A stretch of DNA of 64,000 nucleotides from Caecitellus pseudoparvulus (Eukaryota > Protista > Bigyra: Bicosoecida): positions 1 through 64,000 of the forward strand of contig CBFFRQ010000071.1 of the NCBI GenBank assembly GCA_965644315.1, given 5' to 3'. A program made the translations under genes and the position numbers. This document shows, piece after piece, positions 57,874 through 64,000 of the stretch. Every line of letters begins with the position of its first letter. Position 1 is the first letter of the stretch. The notes beneath the pieces are model-generated. The model did no database searches, was not told the DNA's origin, and was given only the letters and a program-made list of their open reading frames with translations.

Positions 57874-59290
57874 GTGGGCCGGAGCGCGGTGGTGAGAGCG
57901 ACCACGGGGTACCGGGCCGTGCCCGTGGAGTGGAGGGCTGCCGCCCCGCTCTCGACAGACCACCGCGCCATGGCCGTGCTCATCGAATCAACGGTCCAGC
58001 AGCTGCATGGGGACCGTTGTTGGACTCCACCGGGGCTCTTCGAGGACATCTTGCGTGGGGGCTTGGACTGGGGCCCCCACCCCGTGGTCTCATACTGGGG
58101 TTGCCAGGAGGCCCACGCTGACGTGTGTCCCGCATGCGGCGAGACCACTTCCAGATTACGGCAGCTTGAGCGGTGCGCAGCCATGCGACTGCTCACCGTG
58201 GTCACGCTGCGCGGGTGGGACCCCGCTTGGCTGCTGTTCCGCCGCCCCCCGGCAGCGGCATCCCCGTCCTCGGCATACGTGCTGCAGCCGCACGACGAGC
58301 GGGCGGTGGCAGCGGCCTATGACGCCTTCGCGGCTGCGCGCGTGCTGCAGCCGGTCACCCCCCAGCAGCTGCAGCAGCACCGAAAGATGGGGGGGCCAGC
58401 CGCTTCTGCCTTCGTTGTCACGACATGGGCCCCCCAGCCGGGCGTCAGCGACGAAGCTCTGCGACAGTGGGCTGCTGCGAACCCAGGCGAGGCGGTGCAG
58501 GCCGCCAGCTCTTCCCGCGCGCCCGCCCGCCCGAGCCGCCTGTTCCGGGCCAAGCAGCGGGTGGTGTACGATCTGGCAGCCGTCAACCAGGCCTCAGTGA
58601 GCCCCCCATTCCACTACCCCACGCTGGAGAGCTGGGCGCTGCGCCTCCCGCCGAACTCGGACTGTGTTGTCCTGGACGTGGAAGCAGGGTACACGGCCAT
58701 CCCCATCGCTCCGTCGGGCGCCGGACTGTTCACCATGCTCGCCCAGGGCAGGCCAGCCTTCCGCATGCTTCGGATGGCCTTCGGGTACAGCCCGGCCGGG
58801 GCCATTTTCTGCTTTTTTTCTGGACTTCTGGGCGCCAAGATCGAAGCGGCGTTCCCAGCAGGGCATGTGGTTGTGTACGTAGACGACGTCGGGCTTGGGG
58901 GAGCTACGTTGGGGCCACGGCCATCGATCGTGCCCAAGATAACTCAACTGTTCGAGGACGTGGGCTTCCGGGTGTCGCGCAAGAAGACGCAAGGGCCACA
59001 GCGCGTCGTTCAGTACTTGGGGATGGTGGTCAGGTGTGCCCCGTGTGGGGTGTACCTTGAGTGTCCTCAAGCCAAACGAACTCAGCTGCGGTGGCAGCTG
59101 GCCGCGGTCCTTAATCGCCTCGGCGCTTGCTCCACCATCCCCAAGCGCGTTTTCGCCGCGGTCACAGGGCGCTTGCACGGCCTGTCGGCCGTGGTGCCCC
59201 ACGCAAAACAAACGCTGTCGCTCTTGTACGACACCATGCGCACACACAAGTACCGCGTCGGCCCCCCGGCGCTCTCGTGCCTGTCCCCCC
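57874..59290 (+). CDS. Reverse transcriptase (DIRS/Ngaro type)
   Basis: KQRVVYDLAAVN, VVLDVEAGYTAIPI, MAFGYSPAG, VVYVDD, GFRVSRKK and VQYLG. Confidence 0.95.
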
Positions 59291-60089
59291 GGCGTCGCAC
59301 GGGGCCCTGCGGACCCTCCTTGAGGCCCTCGGTGGGCCGTTATCGACGGGCCCGATGCGCCCGCTCTCCCCACTGTCAAGCAGGTGGCGCGCCGCCCTCT
59401 TTGGCTCGTGCGACGCGTCGGGGGAAGGCGGGCTGGGGGCAACAGTGTCGAGGTGGGCAGGGCCAGGAGAACGCACAGACTCCGCTTGGTACGCGTCCAT
59501 GCGCATCCCCGGCACAGCCCCGGGCGAGGAGCTCGTGGGAGCCTCCACGATGCTGGAGCTGTACGCAATCGCCTTGGCTATGGCAATGGCGCGGCATGTT
59601 TTTCCCGAGCCGGGGCCGCTGCTGCTATGCCTAGCTGCGGACAGCCAGGCAGCGGTGGCGCTGGCGCGACGAGGGTACAGCAAGCACAGCCGTGAACTCA
59701 CGCGCGTCTGCGGGGTCCTCGAGCGGGTTTCCCGCGTTTTGGACGTCCACTTGGCGCCTCGGTGGATCCCGAGGAGCCTGAATTGGCGGGCGGACGCCCT
59801 CAGCCACCCCGAAAGGGTGGATAGCAGCACACCGGCAGCGCTCGGCCTCCCGCCAGGGCAACCAGCCGAGCTGGAGGTATCAGCAGGGGGAAGCAGCGCC
59901 GCTGAGCGGTGGCATGATGTGTCCCTAGACGTAGGGCCGTCGGGAAAGGCCGGGGCGGGCACCGCGTGGATTCACTCAGCTCAACTCTCCGTCGCCCTGC
60001 ACAGACACACTCTGGATAAGGAAGCAGACCTTCTGGCAGATGATCAGGGCCATCCCCGCGTCCCCGATCAGCAGGATTCACCAACATAG
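59262..60089 (+). CDS. RNase H domain of pol (DIRS1-type), in -1 frame relative to RT
   Basis: SCDASGEGGLG, MLELYAI, AADSQAAV and WIPRSLNWRADALS supply the D-E-D-D catalytic residues. The frame change maps to C6 runs at 59262-59267 or 59285-59290. Confidence 0.9.
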   Translation, partial: PPGALVPVPPASHGALRTLLEALGGPLSTGPMRPLSPLSSRWRAALFGSCDASGEGGLGATVSRWAGPGERTDSAWYASMRIPGTAPGEELVGASTMLELYAIALAMAMARHVFPEPGPLLLCLAADSQAAVALARRGYSKHSRELTRVCGVLERVSRVLDVHLAPRWIPRSLNWRADALSHPERVDSSTPAALGLPPGQPAELEVSAGGSSAAERWHDVSLDVGPSGKAGAGTAWIHSAQLSVALHRHTLDKEADLLADDQGHPRVPDQQDSPT

Positions 60090-60909
60090 GCTGGCAAAGG
60101 GGACGGTGGTCAAGTACGTTCGCGCGGTTGCTGGCCTGATCAGGGCCGCTCCAGCACCCCGGGACAGGGCGCGGACCATGGTGGGCATCTTAACGGGCGG
60201 CGTGGCCGCAGGCAGATGGGCCCCCCATCGGGCGAAGCAGATCCTGGCGCAATGGGTCGGTGGTTTTAGGTATCTGGGCCTGCCAATCCCGTCGCTAGCC
60301 CCGCTGGGGCTCACAGTCGGCAGCATCTGCCGGGCAATCCGCCGGCTCCACCGAGGGAGAGGGGAGCAACACCGCCGCCCTATCAGCAAAGAACAAGTCA
60401 TGGAGGCCATGAAGCGGGCATGGGACGGGCCACACCTCGGGAGGCATGCCCCAACTGCCGCCGCAGCTATCTACATCGGCTTTCATGGCATGTGCAGGCC
60501 GGGAGAGCTCCGGGGCCTGCGATGGGAGGAGTTGCACTTCGGGCGGGCGGGCCCCCTGCAGTGGGTGGAGGCCAGGGTCACGGATAAAACGCACCTGAGT
60601 GCAAACCGCCACATCCAGGTGGTGCGCCAGGCCGAGTGGGCGGGGGCCTTCGACCGCCTCCGGGAGCAGGCCCGGGACAAGCGGGGAAGCCTGCTCCCAA
60701 GGTGGGCGTGGCTCAGCCTGCAAGGCATCCTGAAGGCTGTAGCGGGCGTGTCCTTGGCCCACCTGAGACCCGGGGGCAATATGTTCTGGACAGGCCGGGC
60801 CCCCGACGTCTTGGTGGAGCACGCGGCGGGCTGGGCGGCTGGCTCCCCCACCCGGGCACGATACTACACCCAGGGGGGGAGGGGGCGAGGCTGTGGCACG
60901 AGGCCATGA
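60040..60909 (+). CDS. Tyrosine recombinase of the retroelement
   Basis: GFHGMCRPGEL (R), DKT (K), AHLRPGG (R), AAGW (W) and RYY (Y); overlaps the RNase H 3' end. Confidence 0.9.
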   Translation: MIRAIPASPISRIHQHRLAKGTVVKYVRAVAGLIRAAPAPRDRARTMVGILTGGVAAGRWAPHRAKQILAQWVGGFRYLGLPIPSLAPLGLTVGSICRAIRRLHRGRGEQHRRPISKEQVMEAMKRAWDGPHLGRHAPTAAAAIYIGFHGMCRPGELRGLRWEELHFGRAGPLQWVEARVTDKTHLSANRHIQVVRQAEWAGAFDRLREQARDKRGSLLPRWAWLSLQGILKAVAGVSLAHLRPGGNMFWTGRAPDVLVEHAAGWAAGSPTRARYYTQGGRGRGCGTRP

Positions 60910-60940
60910 CACCCAGGGGAGGAAGCAAGCATTGAAAAGT

Positions 60941-61429
60941 ATTGGCGGGTGCCGCAAGGAGGCGTCCCCTCCCCCAAGAGATGCAGCGAGCCCTGGTGGC
61001 CGCTGGCATAGAGGGGGGAGGGGACGGCCTCGAGGCGGGCCCAGTTCAATGCATTTCGATTGCCACGCACAACGCACCAACACGAGGGAACCGAGGTTGC
61101 CGGCACCCCAGCCGGCAACCATGTTTCCCGGCAGGAGGGGCGGCGGGCAGTCCCACGCTAGTGGCACAATTGTCCCCCGCCGCCCCAACGCAGAGTAGAC
61201 GACGGCAGGACCGGGCATGACAAAACCAGTCATTAGCCGGCCTCGTCACTCTCTTTCCTTTTTTTTTCTTTTTCTCGATTGGCGGGTGCCGCAAGGAGGC
61301 GTCCCCTCCCCCAAGAGATGCAGCGAGCCCTGGTGGCCGCTGGCATAGAGGGGGGAGGGGACGGCCTCGAGGCGGGCCCAGTTCAATGCATTTCGATTGC
61401 CACGCACAACGCACCAACACGAGGGAACC
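60941..61429 (+). repeat. Split direct repeats B1-A2-B2
   Basis: B1 60941-61092, A2 61091-~61277, B2 61278-61429. Confidence 0.95.
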
Positions 61430-61647
61430 CGCACACGCCCCGCTGCACCACTGTGCCTGCGCCTTGGTGTGGCTGGCCGCCGTGGCCGCAGCACGTGGCT
61501 GTGCGGCAGCGGCCCCCGCCACAGTGCGCCATGGCGGCAGTGCTGGGGCACCCTGTGACGTGTAGCAAGGGCGGTCGCCCGAGGGTGGGTGTGTGGTGGG
61601 GGGTGTGTGGCGTGTGCATTGGGAGGTGTCAAGACACGCGTGGGGAG

Positions 61648-62973
61648 TCATGGCCGGCGTCGTGGCGGGTGGCGCTGCCGTGCGGGTGCAGGGTGGACAG
61701 GGGGGTGAGCTGGAGGGCGGCAGGTGTGGCAGGGGTGTGTGTGCGGGTGGGGGTGGGGTGGCGGGGTGGCACTGGCGCCCGCTTGTGCGCCCCCCCCCAC
61801 ATGGGCCAAGCGCCTGGCACGGTCGCGCTGCCGGGCGCCCAGCGGCGCACCACACTGCCACGACTCGCCCCACCTGCATGACACGTGTCCGCATGCTGGG
61901 CAGTCCGGGGCGGCGCCAGGCGGGGTGGCGGCGTGTCGGCCAGGCGCCAAGCAAGCCCCACTGCGGAGCTTGCACCGCACAGCCACCATGGCATCCGCCG
62001 TTGTGCAGCCTGCTGCGCTCTTGGCCGACTTCACATGCGCCACGATGTATTGCCCGGCAGCACGCTCGCAGAGTGCTTCCGCGTCCAAGTCGCCATTGCG
62101 CCGGAGTCGCGGCACAAGCGGCACTGACTCCAGCTCGCTCAGTGCGGCGGCCAGCCTAGCCGGGTTCACCTGCTCTCTGTGCCCATCACACTCATCCCCG
62201 CCGGAGCCCTCCCCAGCCACCACACCTGCAACGTCGCTGTCAGCCACCCCCGCAATGCGCCGCGCCAGCTGCTCCGCTGTCGGCGTCGCATCCGCTCCCC
62301 GCACCGCTGATGCGTATGTGGCCAGAGCGCTGGCAGACGGCGACGCCCTAGCCCGCAGCATGCCCCGCATGGCAGACCGCAGGATGTGCTTGGGTACGCG
62401 TCGAGCCGCTGCAGAGCTCATCGCAGCCGCCCGCCCCACACGGGCCTGCCGCAGCTTGCGCGAGAGAGCGCTGCGCCGAGTGGTCCCAGCGACGGCATCC
62501 TTCGGCTTGGTCAGCCGATCCAGCACACGTTCCCGGAGTGCACGGGGCTTCAGCGCCCCAGAGGCCTCTTTGTTTGACGCGTGCAGAGCCTTCAACTCTG
62601 CCTCTGGCAGCGCGGCCTTGCCTTGCTTAGCACCGACCGCCGAGTCGGCAACGGGCAACGATCCAGTTTCCGCACCGCCCCCCTCGCCGCCCCCTTCCCC
62701 GCTCCGCGCCATGGCCACCTGGTCTGCCAGCCACTCCTCCCCATCCAGTCGCAGTAATGCCTCTGCCCTGGATGCCAGCCCTGCCCACAGCTCCAGGGCT
62801 GACGCTGAGTGCCGAGCTGTATCGAAGGAGACGACGTTGGTGGCTCCTGCCGCAGCAGCCTCGGCCAGCAGGCCCTCCAGCTGTGCTCTGCGGGCAGACA
62901 GCATGCTGAGGGGGGCAGGCGCACAGACCAGGGTGTCGCGCCTGCCCTCCTGGCCTGACCGCTCCCCCGCCAT
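61648..62973 (-). CDS. 5' partial copy of gene X
   Basis: As for the first partial copy; ATG at 62973. Confidence 0.55.
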   Translation of the reverse strand: MAGERSGQEGRRDTLVCAPAPLSMLSARRAQLEGLLAEAAAAGATNVVSFDTARHSASALELWAGLASRAEALLRLDGEEWLADQVAMARSGEGGGEGGGAETGSLPVADSAVGAKQGKAALPEAELKALHASNKEASGALKPRALRERVLDRLTKPKDAVAGTTRRSALSRKLRQARVGRAAAMSSAAARRVPKHILRSAMRGMLRARASPSASALATYASAVRGADATPTAEQLARRIAGVADSDVAGVVAGEGSGGDECDGHREQVNPARLAAALSELESVPLVPRLRRNGDLDAEALCERAAGQYIVAHVKSAKSAAGCTTADAMVAVRCKLRSGACLAPGRHAATPPGAAPDCPACGHVSCRWGESWQCGAPLGARQRDRARRLAHVGGGAQAGASATPPPHPHPHTHPCHTCRPPAHPPVHPAPARQRHPPRRRP

Positions 62974-63235
62974 GGCCCCTCCTGTGTCGGCAGCGGCGGC
63001 GGTGTGCGATGCGTTTCGCTTGATTTCGGAGCGCAGCCACATCAGGCGACGTGAGGGGGGGGACCTGGCCAACCGCACACCAGCACAAGGCAAGGCACAT
63101 CGACATGGCATACTCTTGGTCAGTGCCATGCCAGGGATGTCAGTTGTGTCCGGCTCCGCTCGAAGTGGGTGTCCTGAACCACGGCGTGAGCCAGGTTCGT
63201 CAAATGGTGCATTGGCCTGTACTTGGTGCCGGGCA

Positions 63236-64000
63236 TCAGATCAAGTGTTTCAAGGTTTCGAACTCAGCGGCTTCCTGCCGCACACTGTCGGGGATCCTGC
63301 GATCACCCGTCAGGCCCAGCAGCTCACGTACGATGTCTGTGTGGCCCTTGCGGCATGCCCATCGGAAGGCGGCCTCAGGTCCACCCCTATCCGCCGCGTG
63401 TACATCCACTGCCCGCGCCCCAGTCAAGCCCAGCAGCTCACGCACGATGTCTGTGCGGCCCGTGGCGCATGCCTCTCGGAAGGCGACCTCAGGCCCACCC
63501 CATGCCGCCGAGTGCACATCTACTGCCCGCGCCCCAGTCAGGCCCAGCAGCTCACGCACGATGTCTGTGTGGCCGCAGTAGCATGCCCATCGGAAGGCGG
63601 ACTCAGGTCCAAACCCATCCGCCGCGTGCACATCCACTGCCCGCGCCCCAGTCAGGCCCAGCAGCTCACGTACGATGTCTGTGTGGCCATTCTCGCATGC
63701 CCCTCGGAAGGCGGCCTCAGGTCCATCCCATGCCGCCGCATGCACATCCACCTCTCGCGCCCCAGTCAGGCCCAGCAGCTCACGCACGATGTCGCTGCGA
63801 CCCCAGCGGCATGCGGCTCGAAAGGCGGCCTCAGGTCCTTCATCATCCGCCGCGTGCACATCCACCTCTCGCGCCCCAGTCAGGCCCAGCAGCTCACGCA
63901 CGATGTCTGTGCGGCCATTCTCGCATGCCCATCGGAAGGCGGACTCAGGTCCATCATCATCCGCCGCGTGCACATCCACTGCCCGCGCCCCAGTCAGGCC
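63236..64000 (-). CDS. Ankyrin-repeat protein, copy 5 (partial; 6 full repeats visible, >=7 total)
   Basis: Same repeats and C-terminus (DRRIPDSVRQEAAEFETLKHLI); cut by the window edge. Confidence 0.88.
   Translation of the reverse strand, partial: GLTGARAVDVHAADDDGPESAFRWACENGRTDIVRELLGLTGAREVDVHAADDEGPEAAFRAACRWGRSDIVRELLGLTGAREVDVHAAAWDGPEAAFRGACENGHTDIVRELLGLTGARAVDVHAADGFGPESAFRWACYCGHTDIVRELLGLTGARAVDVHSAAWGGPEVAFREACATGRTDIVRELLGLTGARAVDVHAADRGGPEAAFRWACRKGHTDIVRELLGLTGDRRIPDSVRQEAAEFETLKHLI

Larger units (their letters stand above)
55609..61429 (+). mobile_element. Ngaro/PAT-type (DIRS order) tyrosine-recombinase retrotransposon with split direct repeats A1-gag-RT/RH-YR-B1-A2-B2
   Basis: A1 55609-55784 equals A2 61091-~61267; B1 60941-61092 equals B2 61278-61429 (152 bp, identical). 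RT, RNase H and YR ORFs are present. No TSD; the empty site is present in the other array units. Confidence 0.96.
34835..64000. repeat. Tandem segmental array of >=5 units (gene X 5' part + spacer with VNTR + ankyrin gene); continues past the window end
   Basis: Landmark ACATGGGCCAAG recurs at 40621, 45784, 50995 and 61799. Periods are 5163, 5211 and 10804 bp (4985 bp after removing the 5819-bp retroelement). Units are collinear throughout. Confidence 0.97.

Noticed and set aside
36340-60909. Diversity-generating retroelement (RT near hypervariable repeats)
   Set aside because: The RT is DIRS/Ngaro-type with RNase H, YR and its own terminal repeats, inserted in only one unit. Variation affects all four bases rather than template adenines, and there is no non-coding template repeat.
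34835-64000. Array unit being itself a transposon, or an assembly artefact
   Set aside because: No transposase, TIR or TSD at unit edges. Units differ by many substitutions, repeat counts and a unique insertion while keeping ORFs open, which argues for real paralogs.
1-64000. tRNA/rRNA genes
   Set aside because: None recognised by eye; a tRNAscan-SE/Infernal run would be needed to exclude them.

Overview
GC-rich, intron-containing eukaryotic DNA, probably from a heterotrophic protist such as a stramenopile (inferred from composition, intron style and element types). The left half holds a 4.4-kb lower-GC PIF/Harbinger-type DNA transposon (3527-7938) with 16-bp TIRs, a non-canonical target duplication and a SAP domain. 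It also holds a TSET/TPLATE TTRAY(TWD40)-like WD40 gene with DPF motifs and a C-terminal LamG-like domain, a DysF + DDHD phospholipase, a C-type-lectin/mucin surface protein, mitochondrial FAD glycerol-3-phosphate dehydrogenase, BFR2/AATF and a ~1010-aa hypothetical gene ('gene X'). From ~34.8 kb to the window end runs a head-to-tail array of at least 5 units of ~5-5.8 kb. Each unit has a 5' copy of gene X, a spacer with a 42-bp VNTR, and an ankyrin-repeat gene with 9, 5, 4, 3 or >=7 38-aa repeats. The repeat framework is nearly invariant while the predicted binding-surface codons are hypervariable and shuffled between paralogs, so this is a candidate natural DARPin-like receptor repertoire. 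One unit carries a young Ngaro/PAT-type tyrosine-recombinase retrotransposon (55609-61429) with split direct repeats, a readable CC crossover core and an in-frame gag-UAG-pol junction. Some frameshifts fall in homopolymer runs and may be assembly errors. All family assignments come from motif recognition by eye; no searches were run.
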